Of a DNA stretch of 64,000 bases, positions 48,352-59,290 are shown one piece after another (the stretch's first letter is position 1; each line of letters opens with the position of its first letter). The DNA is taken from contig BFEA01000035.1 of the NCBI GenBank assembly GCA_003427395.1, forward strand, positions 4,359,068 to 4,423,067, given 5' to 3'. The stretch comes from Chara braunii. Taxonomy: Eukaryota > Plantae > Charophyceae. The notes under the pieces were generated by a model, which was given only the letters and a program-made list of their open reading frames with translations, was not told the origin of the DNA and did not search any database. Both the position numbers and the translations under genes were made by a program.

Positions 48352-51309
48352 ATGCCTCGCCGCATTCCAGAATTCTTAGACACGCTGGCTGCAAGTGTAA
48401 ATGGGTACCAACCAGTCAGCCAGCTCGGACAACCAGCTGTACGTGTTAAGAAAACCAAAGTCCAGAGGAGGGCAACAAAGCAAGATGAATTTAACGAGTA
48501 CGTGGAAGGATCCGTAGGGGCGGACGCGCTACATGTATCGGATGGGACGAGCTGTGGGGGATCTCTGAGTCCACAAACGAGCCCTTACGAGCAAGTGCAA
48601 AATCAGCCGCCGCTGACAATGCCAGGGCTAGCGCAGCCTTCGCTGCAGTTGCCAGTTCCGTCATTGCTGGCGCAGAACCAGCAACAGATAGAGAACGACT
48701 CTGTGTGCTTTGTTGCGAGCTCGCCACATGGAATTGGCGACGATGATGTCAGCGGGGGACTCGTGGTGGACTCGGGAGGAGAGGTTCGGATGGGAGAGGA
48801 GGAGGAGGAGGAGGAGGGGGGGGGGATGGAGGAAGAGGACGAGGAAGAGGAAGAAGAGGGAGTCATCAGCAATGGGGAGGGACAGCAGGGGTATTGGGAG
48901 GGGGGGAATGCAGGAATAGCCTCGGAGGTGGAGGTCCCACGACCGGGAGAAGAGGCAAATATGCCTATGGCGGATGTCTCGGGCATCGCCACTGGAATCA
49001 GCAATGGCTCTGGTCAGGGAACAGGAGATGTGGAAATGGGCGCAAATGGTATGAGAGGGATGCAACAGGATTCATTGCTGGCCTCCATGAAAACAGAGGG
49101 AAGAGTGAAACGGAAAGTCACGAAGAAAATCGGGAATGCTGGCACGGAATGCGGGGCCAGTCCGGGGGATAAGAAAAGGAGACTGGAGGACAGGCCCCAA
49201 CCCACGGCGGCGAGCTCTAGGGTACCAGCAGCAGCGCTATCAGCAGAAGATCGACTTGCCCGCATCCGCAACCTCTCCGCGGAGCTGAAGAAGGCGCACA
49301 AGACCATCGCTCGGCTGCGCCTCACGAAAGAGGCTTCCGAGAAAGAGCTTGGGAAAGCTCAGGAGATCTTGCAGGCAAAGCCTCTCCTCGACAAGATCAA
49401 TGCGACTTCTAAGGTGTGTATGGACAACGGCTATCCGGATGTCATCGGGTTGATCTGTGATGCAATATTGTCAGGATCGCTGCCGATTCCTTCAATCAGG
49501 TTTGAGCGACTTGTCACGCTAGGTATCAACTGTAACAAGGAATTCACCAATCAGTTGCAGTACTCTGAAAGAGAAATGCGATACTTCGCATCCCTGAAAC
49601 GCCAAAGCTGTGCTGCTGCTGTGCTTGAGGCTATGCGTGGTCCAATGAATGCTGGTGGAGGGCATGGGCGGCATGCTGTTCGCTCTGCCCGTATCACAGA
49701 GTTCGTTCCTTCCCTGAAAGCCATCGAGCGCTTCGAAAAGCAGATGCAAATGCAGCAGCAGCAGCAGCAACAACAACAGCAAAAACAACAGCAACAGCAA
49801 AATTCACAGCAGCCGGAGGAGGTCCCAAGTGCAGGGCAGCAGAACCAGTGTGGGCAGCAGCAGGCGGCATCGGGATCGGTGGGCAGTGGCGGAAATGGCG
49901 AAGGCATGGATGGAGGAGGAGTCGTTGACGGTGTTATTTTTGACAGCTGTGCAAACGGAATGATGATGGGCCCGGTTTACGATGGGAACATCTGCCCAAC
50001 GGTTGGTCTTGGCGGAGGCATTGGGGGGAAGAACGGCAGTGGTGCAGGCGCGATCGTCGGCTGCAATGGAGCGGCTCTCCTTACGACTGCCTCCTCCAGC
50101 CCTGGGAGGGCGCTGTCTGCTGGTGCAGGGTCCCAAACTGGTGGACATTGTGTTGAGGGCGTGCATCTGGGAGAGAGCGAAGATGAAGATGAAGTGAGGC
50201 CATTACCATCCTCGAACAGGACAGCGGCTTATCCTAACCCAGACGTTCCCAGAGGAGGAGGAGGCTTAATGGTAGGTATGCAACCTGGACTAGAGTTTGT
50301 GCATGACGTGGAGGAGACCAAAGTTTTCGATTGCATTCCACGACCACCGCCGCCTGTGCTTCGGCAAGACCAGCAGCAACCACCTCCACAGCAAAAGCAG
50401 AAGCAGAAGCAGCAGCAGCAGCAGCAGCAGCAAGCGTCTCAACAGCAGCAACAGCAACAAGCATCGCAGCATCAGGCATGCGTCGGAATTCAAGCATACG
50501 AGTATCTGCAGGTCCCTGGAGCACTCCATGGCCTTGGGATAGAACTAGATGCGGGTATGAGGCCGCCTGTTGCATTGCAAACAACATCACCCCAGCAGCA
50601 ACCACCACCGCAGCAAGTGAGCGCTTTGCAGTTTGACACTAGCCAGATCCAGGTGTCTGGGACAGAAGTGTGCATTGCCACAACTTCTGGGCCTCCACCG
50701 CAACAGCAGCATGAGGAGAAGCCTGATTTGCGGCTATTCCATTCCTCAGCGCAACTTCAGCAGCAGCAGGAGCGGCAGCAGCAGCAACAGCAGGCGCAAC
50801 AACGACCAGAACAAGCGATGGTCTTTGAACAAATGGGGATGGGAGATCTGAGCCATCTTCAGCAGCTGAGCTCTCTGCAGGCGCAAATGAGACAGCTAGA
50901 GGCGCCTGTGCAGCTGCGGCAATTGGTGGGAGACGATTTGAATCAGTTTGACCATCTGAGAGTGGAAGCTGCGTTTGGAGAGTGCCAGATGCAGGCAGAG
51001 GAGATTGCCCAGTACAACTCTGCCATCGCCACAGCGAGTGCATTGTCGTCACTCTCGCCAACGTCTGTGTTTAATGCTCCTCACGAGCAGCGGCAGAATC
51101 CTCGCCAGCAGATACACGAGGCAGCAGGGATAGATTTGAGGTCCCAAAACTATCATAGTGTCATGCCGCCATTCGATTGTGCAATGAGTGGTCGCATGCA
51201 CAACGAGAGCGGAGTTCTTGGATTGCACTCTCCCCTTGGGTTCCCGCCTTACTTGCTCACGGCTACAGGTCAAGACCTTGGTCGATTCGGGTATCCCAGC
51301 TTGCGCTGA
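48352..51309 (+). CDS. Large (probably terminal) coding exon: Gln/Glu/Gly-rich low-complexity protein with a central coiled-coil plus helical domain (possibly transposase-derived)
   Basis: The only long stop-free frame (48001-51309). A pyrimidine-rich tract and acceptor TGTGCAG end at 48337 and the first ATG follows at 48352. It has polyQ/polyE codon runs and a globular segment at ~49240-49740. Upstream exons may exist, so the true start is uncertain. Confidence 0.85.
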   Translation: MPRRIPEFLDTLAASVNGYQPVSQLGQPAVRVKKTKVQRRATKQDEFNEYVEGSVGADALHVSDGTSCGGSLSPQTSPYEQVQNQPPLTMPGLAQPSLQLPVPSLLAQNQQQIENDSVCFVASSPHGIGDDDVSGGLVVDSGGEVRMGEEEEEEEGGGMEEEDEEEEEEGVISNGEGQQGYWEGGNAGIASEVEVPRPGEEANMPMADVSGIATGISNGSGQGTGDVEMGANGMRGMQQDSLLASMKTEGRVKRKVTKKIGNAGTECGASPGDKKRRLEDRPQPTAASSRVPAAALSAEDRLARIRNLSAELKKAHKTIARLRLTKEASEKELGKAQEILQAKPLLDKINATSKVCMDNGYPDVIGLICDAILSGSLPIPSIRFERLVTLGINCNKEFTNQLQYSEREMRYFASLKRQSCAAAVLEAMRGPMNAGGGHGRHAVRSARITEFVPSLKAIERFEKQMQMQQQQQQQQQQKQQQQQNSQQPEEVPSAGQQNQCGQQQAASGSVGSGGNGEGMDGGGVVDGVIFDSCANGMMMGPVYDGNICPTVGLGGGIGGKNGSGAGAIVGCNGAALLTTASSSPGRALSAGAGSQTGGHCVEGVHLGESEDEDEVRPLPSSNRTAAYPNPDVPRGGGGLMVGMQPGLEFVHDVEETKVFDCIPRPPPPVLRQDQQQPPPQQKQKQKQQQQQQQQASQQQQQQQASQHQACVGIQAYEYLQVPGALHGLGIELDAGMRPPVALQTTSPQQQPPPQQVSALQFDTSQIQVSGTEVCIATTSGPPPQQQHEEKPDLRLFHSSAQLQQQQERQQQQQQAQQRPEQAMVFEQMGMGDLSHLQQLSSLQAQMRQLEAPVQLRQLVGDDLNQFDHLRVEAAFGECQMQAEEIAQYNSAIATASALSSLSPTSVFNAPHEQRQNPRQQIHEAAGIDLRSQNYHSVMPPFDCAMSGRMHNESGVLGLHSPLGFPPYLLTATGQDLGRFGYPSLR

Positions 51310-54300
51310 CTCCTTTCGTCCAGATGAACTGGGAATTGGCTGGAGCGTGTGCACAACCGCATCTTCCGGGGAGTCTTTCTGGGGAGAGGAGCAGAGGGAG
51401 CAAACACATCCAGCGGCCTAAGGGATTGACGGTAAGTTGGTAATACAGAAGCATTGATGCATAACAACCCTTATAAGGACCATGGTGCTCTCGATATCTA
51501 TTATCCCGCACGGGCCGGGCCTTCCCCGTGTGGAACAAGCACATCGGCGCAGTGGTCTTTCTGGACATGGGAAGACTGTGGAAGCCAGCAGGCCGTTTGG
51601 ATGCAAGTGGGCGTAGCGAGGTGTGTTGTGTCCTTGTGAAATAAGGCCATGGATGGACGTCGGAGACAAAGGCAATCGTCTGCAACTAGGGGAGGGTTGA
51701 GCTAGCAGCAGAGTGAATCGGCCCCAGAGTCACTTGGGCCTGCTCCCGGGGTCCTGGCCTGTTTTCGAGATAACTCCAAGCTGGCAAGAAAGAAGAGCAA
51801 TATCATGTGCCTCTTCCTTGTTTTGTACGCAGCTGCTGAAGTCTCAGAGACAGAATCAAAGGAGATGCAAAGAGCGATATGATGTAAGGTGTGCCACGAT
51901 TAAGATACGGATGAATCCGCCGTGTGGAGCGGCTGAGCCTCTGAGTTGCCGGGGCCCTGGGTCTCGTCAATCTAAGACGGAAGGGTGGCGTTTGTCATAT
52001 ACCTGGCCAGAGATTGGGAAGCAAGAGGTGGGAGAGGATGGAGGCAGCAGCAGGTTGCAGTAGATACATATATGATCAAATGGAGGAATAGACATGAGGC
52101 GGGTGGTGTGGGGACTGCAGCGACTGTTTGGGAGGCGCGGAGGTGATTGAGGAAGGTGGTCCATTCAGCAGACTCCATATTGAGATCTGGATGTAACAAG
52201 GGTAGCCAGGGGGGGGAAGGGGGATGGGGGAAGGGGGCCGGGGGAAGGGCTGGGGGTGTTGGGGGTCTTGGGAGTGTTGGAGGTTGATGGGAAGGGGGAT
52301 CTGGAAGTTGAAAAGGAAAGGAGTGTGGGTGGGAAGTAGTCGGCATTTGACTCTGACCAGTCAGAGCAGGTGCTTGCTGTTTTGCGTGCTTTTTTTTTAT
52401 GTGTGTTGACAGTATGATGGCTACGGAAAACCTATTGTCGCGCAGGGGGCTGGACGTGAGGGATGCGATGGATAAATAGGTCCTGTCCTGATTTGTTCTC
52501 AAGGGGGCATGGGGGCAAGATCTCCAATAGGATGAGGTGACTGTTGGGGCAAGATCTCCAGTACGATGAGGTGACCGTTGGATGGACATGCGAGTGGCGT
52601 GGGCGCCAGATGTCAGAAGAGGGACCAGTTCTGCTGCTGGCATTTTTTGCTGGGGAGCAAGCTGAGGATTCGTTGCAGTTGCCAGGTTGTAATTTTCTGA
52701 CCAAGGAAGAGTAGAGGGAGCGGGGCTGGCTAGTGCACACAGCTGGTGTCTGAAATTTTGTTAGCCGTTGTGCGTTTAAGCTGTGTGCCGATGGAGAGAG
52801 CGATGCTCCGCGAGACGACACGTCATCATCAGCTTGATGATGTTGAAATGGCTGTAGAACTGTGAGGTGTCAGATTACACAGTTCACATCCCGCGGATAG
52901 AGACCTGCTGACAAGAAGAGGGCAATGCTCAGTGTACAAGTCAGCTGGGAAAAAGGTGAAGGACGGCAACTTTATGGTGGGTATAGGTGGAGGGGGGGGG
53001 GGGGGGGGGTTGCAGAAAATACCAGGAAGTTGCACGACATCCGTCACTCGTCCACTCTGTTCGGCGGTGTCGGTGCAGCGAAGGCCAGCCCTCGGAAGAC
53101 GGGATGTAAGCATTCCATATGCACAAGGAAGTAAGTATCGCATGGGCGAGGGGTTGCGTGGAATCTTTATATCTATCTTTGATCTAGATGAAGATGATTA
53201 AGTGCTAGTAGGTAACGAATGACCATCGTGGGTTTCGTAGGGTGAAAGGCGATGTGCGAAACGCAGTGATAGGATGCCAACAGGTAATCGGTCGACGGGC
53301 GAACAGTGATGACTGCGATGTCGATGCCGATAATCCTCCTATCGTATGACCGTGTTCGTATGGTCGCCCGGAGTTCTAATATTTTCCGCAAGGTGTAACA
53401 GGAACTACCTTGTTGAGATAGTGTACATAACTGTTATCTCCCCCTTGTTATTCCCGCTGTAATGGTAAGAACACCATGTTCAGACCTACATAGAAAGGGA
53501 TAGGCCTGAAGAACAGGAAGTGTATAACAAGGGGAAGCTGTTTGTGTTTTTTGAGTTGTGGAGGCAAGTGAGAAAGGGGGGAGGGGAGAGGAGATGATGT
53601 CACTTGGCCTGCATCCAACCATGATATAGGAATAGGCTTAAGGCTACAGAAGCACAAGCACAACATCCGGTGCTTGAACCTGCAAGCAGCTGGTTTTAGG
53701 GTGTACAGCATGTGGGTCTGTTGTCTCTTCCTGCGCGAGTTTCAACAGAGGACCGTTGCAACTCCTTTCCGTAGTAGTCTGGGATCTTGCACGTGCCATA
53801 GTGTGGGGACCTGATGAAACTAGTGAAGGCTGTGTGAGCATGAGAAAGAGTGACAACATGAGATAACCCTCCAACCCAATGCCCTCTTGACCAGTCCTCT
53901 TCTCTCGCTCCATCCCTTTTCCCCTGCATCNNNNNNNNNNNNNNNNNNNNNNNNNNNNNNNNNNNNNNNNNNNNNNNNNNNNNNNNNNNNNNNNNNNNNN
54001 NNNNNNNNNNNNNNNNNNNNNNNNNNNNNNNNNNNNNNNNNNNNNNNNNNNNNNNNNNNNNNNNNNNNNNNNNNNNCAAAAAAAAAACCCTCTTCTATCC
54101 CTCTGATCCTGTCTTTGTGTACAAGATTGTATGGGGATTGGTGTAAATTCATGTGTTCATAGGAGTAGATGTGATGGCAGGTTTCTGGGAAAGAACCTGA
54201 TATCTCTCGTGTTTTGGCATATAATCGGAATGGGTGCGTAGGAGCTATTATACTGTTCGCTGCTGCCAGTTATGCGCTATTGCTGTCGTTTTTGCAGGCG

Positions 54301-54578
54301 GGCACACACTGCTGTAAGAGTATAGTTTGTGTGTGGAGGCATAGGGAGGGGACTTTTGTGGAGGCTCATAAGTTTATGAATCCGTTGCGGTTTCTCCCTT
54401 TCACTTTGTGCACGTTAGAAGCTTCTACATGATTGGATGCATATATATTCTCTGCCCAAGTGTATCTCACAAGCGAACCGTCCACGCCTGTTGGAGCGAA
54501 GAGTGGAATGCTGCTTTGTGCTCATTAAACCGGCTGGCTTCAAGGATGAATGAGAGGACTAAGGGGGGAAGGTGGGGG

Positions 54579-54632
<54 letters not shown>

Positions 54633-55737
54633 CAAAACCTGATTGAGATTTGAGTACTGTCGGACGCGTCGTCTTGTGCCACATGTGGCCGTTGAGTCAT
54701 CTTTGTTCAAGGAGTTAGACCTGAACGACTGGAAGGAGAGAATAAGGGAGAGGTGGTGTTGTGACGGTCATGTTGACTGACGGCGATGGAGGAAGCAAAC
54801 AGTTTTAAGTTTTCGCTTGAGGCCAGGAAGAAGTTAGCGAGAGAGAAAATAGAGAGGAGGTGCTAGGCATGAGAGAGAGTAGTATGCCCGGGGGGGTGCA
54901 AGAGGAGGAGGTCCTTTTTGTTCACAATGTGACAATGCTTTAATCACCTGGACCACTTGGAAAAAAGGCATATATATGCTTCCAATCCCTAGGGATGGGA
55001 GACCTGTAATTCTACCGTAGTCTTGTTGTAGTAGTGGGATATTGGCAGATATGCTCTGCGAGGCCAGACGAAAGGCTGCTATGTTATTGTTCATCAAAGT
55101 CGATTTAAGGACGGATGTGACGTTTACCCACCGCAGCTTTGAGATGGGCAGACTGCACTGTTCGGATCTTGTCAGAATTTTGGTGGTTGGTTGGTTGGTT
55201 GGTTGGTTGGTTGGATGGATCAATCCTGCTGTTTCCATTTCAGACTTGTATTTAAAACTTTAAAACGAATTGTTTGTTATGTTGTTATCTTTAATGTTGA
55301 CAGGTCTGTATATTGCTGTCATCGCTCTTTCTTACCAAGCTGAATTGGATACTGATCGCTCGCATCGCTCTTTCTTGCCAGGCGTCCATTTATGAGTATT
55401 AATTAATTTAGTAATATTAACTACGGCCCAGCATGCCCGGGCCAGTTGGGCCTGGGGGGGGGTCGCCCGGCAAAACCAGACGGGTCAAAAAAGAGGCAAG
55501 GNNNNNNNNNNNNNNNNNNNNNNNNNNNNNNNNNNNNNNNNNNNNNNNNNNNNNNNNNNNNNNNNNNNNNNNNNNNNNNNNNNNNNNNNNNNNNNNNNNN
55601 NNNNNNNNNNNNNNNNNNNNNNNNNNNNNNNNNNNNNNNNNNNNNNNNNNNNNNNNNNNNNNNNNNNNNNNNNNNNNNNNNNNNNNNNNNNNNNNNNNNN
55701 NNNATGGTCTGCTGACGTGGTCTGCTGATGCGGCAAC

Positions 55738-55775
55738 CTGTCTCTTATACACATCTAGATGTGTATAAGAGACAG
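55738..55775. other. Nextera mate-pair junction adapter (assembly artefact)
   Basis: Exact CTGTCTCTTATACACATCT+AGATGTGTATAAGAGACAG (back-to-back Tn5 mosaic ends) near a contig edge. The preceding 34 bp (55704-55737) duplicate 59396-59429. Confidence 0.98.
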
Positions 55776-56419
55776 GGCCTAAGCAGTCCGAATCCGGTCT
55801 TAACTTCGGTTTTGGTGATGGGTCATCGAGGGGGAGTTGGGGGGTATAGTATAAACAGTGACTAAAGGGCCTAAAATGGTACATTTGGACTCAGTTTTCT
55901 CTTTTATTTTTATCTTGAAATTAACAAGTAATTTTGAGGTGGCCCTCGGCCAAAAGCCAAAGTTTGTATTGCAATTTTACACAACATTTTTTTTTTCCCG
56001 GATTTTTTTTTTTTTTTCCTTCTATTTTCTACAGTATTATTTGCTGGGATCGCCCGGGACCCTGCCTGGGCCCTGCCCGGTCCGGGCCGCCCGGGAGGGT
56101 ACCCGGGCGACCTTCCCCTAGCCGGGCCAGCCTCGAACTACCACAGAATATTAAACCTTTGTTACTTAAAGTCTTGACCAACTGCCCTTCCCTTAACTAT
56201 TATCTGGAGTCGTAACTGCTCGTGGAGAGAGACTGAAATGTGCACTGACATAAATTCGGCAAGTTCCTCCGCACTCGTGGTGGTATATAAAAAACAGCAG
56301 CCCCGGTTACATGCCGGCCTCTTTGTCCTGCGCACAGACTGGAGAGAGATTGCGACTTCTCAGTCCAGGTCACACGGACGGAAACAAGTCCCGCGAGTCC
56401 CGAGACCCTCTGCTGTTGT

Positions 56420-56617
56420 AGTGGTGTAATGTTAAGAGGTTCAGGGGTTTCCTGGGATTTGCGAAAAGGAGCACCCTACGATGTTTACGACAAAGTAGAA
56501 TTTGATGTACCCGTAGGTACACGAGGAGATTGTTATGATCGTTATTGTGTCCGCATTGAAGAAATGCGACAAAGTCTTCGAGTCATTGTCCAATGCTTGA
56601 ATCAAATGCCTCGTGGT
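56420..56617 (+). pseudogene. nad7: NUMT: fragment of mitochondrial NADH dehydrogenase subunit 7
   Basis: [64 protein letters not shown] is the conserved Nad7/NuoD motif. AT-rich organellar-like codons; similarity stops abruptly on both sides. Confidence 0.9.
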
Positions 56618-57378
56618 AGCGATTATATGGTCTTAGTAAGATAATATATGGATCAAATACGTTTCGTCCCACATATCATTTCATCCCACATATATCGTAT
56701 TGATGAGATGTATATCGATCGCACTACGATGGCTTACTATCTATAGATAGATGCCAATTGGAGTATGTATTGTATTTGTATTGAAACCAGCAGCACCACT
56801 TGCAACACAGTCCCGCAAGTCCCGACACCCTCTACATCCCAGTCCCTTTCAACTGCGCATGGAGAGGGATTTTGCATCTTCATCTCAGACTGGGACAGTA
56901 TGGAAGACCTGTTGAGTCAAATTTTCAGAACAACACAGCACCTGACATGTTCTATGGTTCGCTGTGGGGACAGCCGTTTTCTTCTGAATACCCTCATTAT
57001 GACTGTATTGAAGAGGAAAGATTTCTTATATCGGCGTGTTGGGGGGAAGGCGGTAGGCTCCTTGTTTCAATGGCTCAGCAGAGGCTCATCAATTGTAATA
57101 GGAGTTTGTGAAGTAATGTTAATTGCAGATTCAAAGCATTCCTTTCACTTGAAGAACCATACCAGAATTATGATATTCAGCTTACGTTCACGACAAGAGA
57201 ATTGCATTGCGGACTTTCTCTGAGGCAAGACTCACATCCACAGGTGACCTGAACATTTTGAATACACTCAGCAAAAAATATGCAGCTAGCTTCACAAGCT
57301 CTGCCTGAGTCACTGCTTGCCTCTGTGCCTGTTGGTCTTGTCTGCTTGCCTCTTTCTCTCCAACTCACCCAACTCCCT

Positions 57379-57477
<99 letters not shown>

Positions 57478-58529
57478 CCCCCTGCAGCTTTTTGTGCTTA
57501 TAGCTGGCTGGTGCGTTCACTGGGCAATCGACCAGATTTGAACAGATCTGTAACAACTGGCAGGACTTTCCAACTGCGGGAATGACACGTACTTGCCCCA
57601 TGCTTGCGCGTGCTCATTCTTAATCAACCCTTGCCGAGTGCTCGTGCTAACACCGCTACCCTGCAAATGTGATGCGGCTCTCTCCGCAATTCCATTGGAA
57701 TGCTGTGATGGTCCCTGTATCACTCACTCTCTTCTTTGGCCCCGGGACACCCTCGTACTGCCCCTGCTTGCTCATCGGTTACTGCTATAGTTTCTTCTCC
57801 TGCAGTTTTCTACTGCTGCATTTTGTCCTGCATTCCACAGCTGGAATTTCCCCTATGGCAGTTTTTGCCGTGACAGCTTCTTTTGGTGCAGCTCCAGTGC
57901 AAAGAACATCACAGTCTCTCCGGCACCGCACGTGCTTTATTTCGGAAAATTTTGCCCAATCACCCCGGCCCCCTTCTGATCTCTTTTTGTGCATGGTCGC
58001 ATACAGCTGTGTTCCTCCTTGGCACCCCCATCTCCGAGTCCTCCACCGTCTCGCTACACTCTCATGTTCCCATTGATCCACTTTTGTTTCCGGAGTCGGG
58101 CTCGTCTTTGGCTTGCGACACTACTCTCTTACCGTGTATCATTGACGGTGTGTGATCGTCCTCGCTTGTCCAGGGATCGGCTGCACGTTTCTTTGTCTTG
58201 CAGGTTTCTCTGTGTCCCTGCTGCACACAGGCTGTTGTGGTTCTTTTGCTCTAAAAGTTACGGGCAATATCTGCTCAATACCTCCTTCAGATAGACTATA
58301 GCTTGCTTTGGGCACAGCCACAAGACTGTGTTTTATGCTCTGCAGCATTAGATGTTCAATAGTTAAGGGCTGGCACAACTTCGACACAGCAAGTTAGCTA
58401 ACTGGTCGGGAGATGTCCCGGACACAAGAAGAATGATCTACAACCTGGTTATAGCAGGACGACTAGTCGGACTACAGAAGAAGACAGCAGTAAGTCTTAC
58501 ACGGACAGACGAGGACAAATAAGTGTGCT

Positions 58530-59290
58530 TCTTGGCTTCGCCCGTGCGGCGGAGCTCAACTTAAGCTTGAACCGGCGGAACCATGGAATTGGGTCCGTCT
58601 TCGTGGAGTCGCTGAAGATCTCTTGCCCATCGAACTTCGGAATTGACTCGCGTGCTGGCCAGCGCAGATCTGCTGCTCCAGTTGTCGGGTGGCCGCTTGC
58701 TGTGCCCGTACGCTGTCCGTGAGCATTCCGACGTTGATCGCCAAGGCGTCGAGGCGATTGGCAGCGTTGGAGGAGCTGGCGACGGGGGCGGCGGTAGGTC
58801 GTTCCAGCTGTTGTAGACGGCTGTTGACCCGCTTGACCTGGTCGTCGAGGCTATGTGCAATGCACGTTGCCAGGACGTCCATGAGGTGGGAGAGCAACAG
58901 AGAGATTCGTGCTCCCCTGTCGCTGAGTTCTCCACCTTCGGCGTCGGTCCGCCATGCCGCTGCCATAGTGAGCAAAGCTCATTCCTTGCTGAACACCTCA
59001 TCGCGTCGTTGACTGCGTTCTTCATTGGCAGCCTTTGCCACTGCCTCGTCGTGCTGGCGCTGCTGTTTTACCGCCAGCAGACGTGCCTTCTCGGCATCCT
59101 CTGCCTTCTTCTTCTCTGCGGCTGCGACCGCATCCGACCGTTGCTTGGCTTCGGTAATCAAAACCAGCATCCAGGCCTGATAGGCTTCGGCGGTTTCCCC
59201 TGGCTTCTGGTTCCATGGCGGCTGTTTGAGAGCACGTGAGCATAGACCAGGCCGGAGGGCTGCTGATGTGGCACTCCTTGTTGAAGACAT
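58530..59290 (-). mobile_element. Disrupted gag-like ORF of an LTR-type retrotransposon (internally deleted)
   Basis: Ala/Glu/Gln coiled-coil ORF from ATG 59290, an in-frame stop at 58979-81, and a frameshift into FDGQEIFSDSTKTDPIPWFRRFKLKL (retrotransposon gag 'F.G...D...WF..FE' style). The leader has tandem CTGCTGACGTGG motifs. No pol seen. Confidence 0.65.

Noticed and set aside
55738-55775. Tn5/IS50-like inverted ends suggesting a bacterial transposon or HGT
   Set aside because: Exact Nextera junction adapter with mate-pair geometry.
56666-56698. TCCCACATAT doublet resembling the plant snRNA USE
   Set aside because: Imperfect match with no snRNA downstream.
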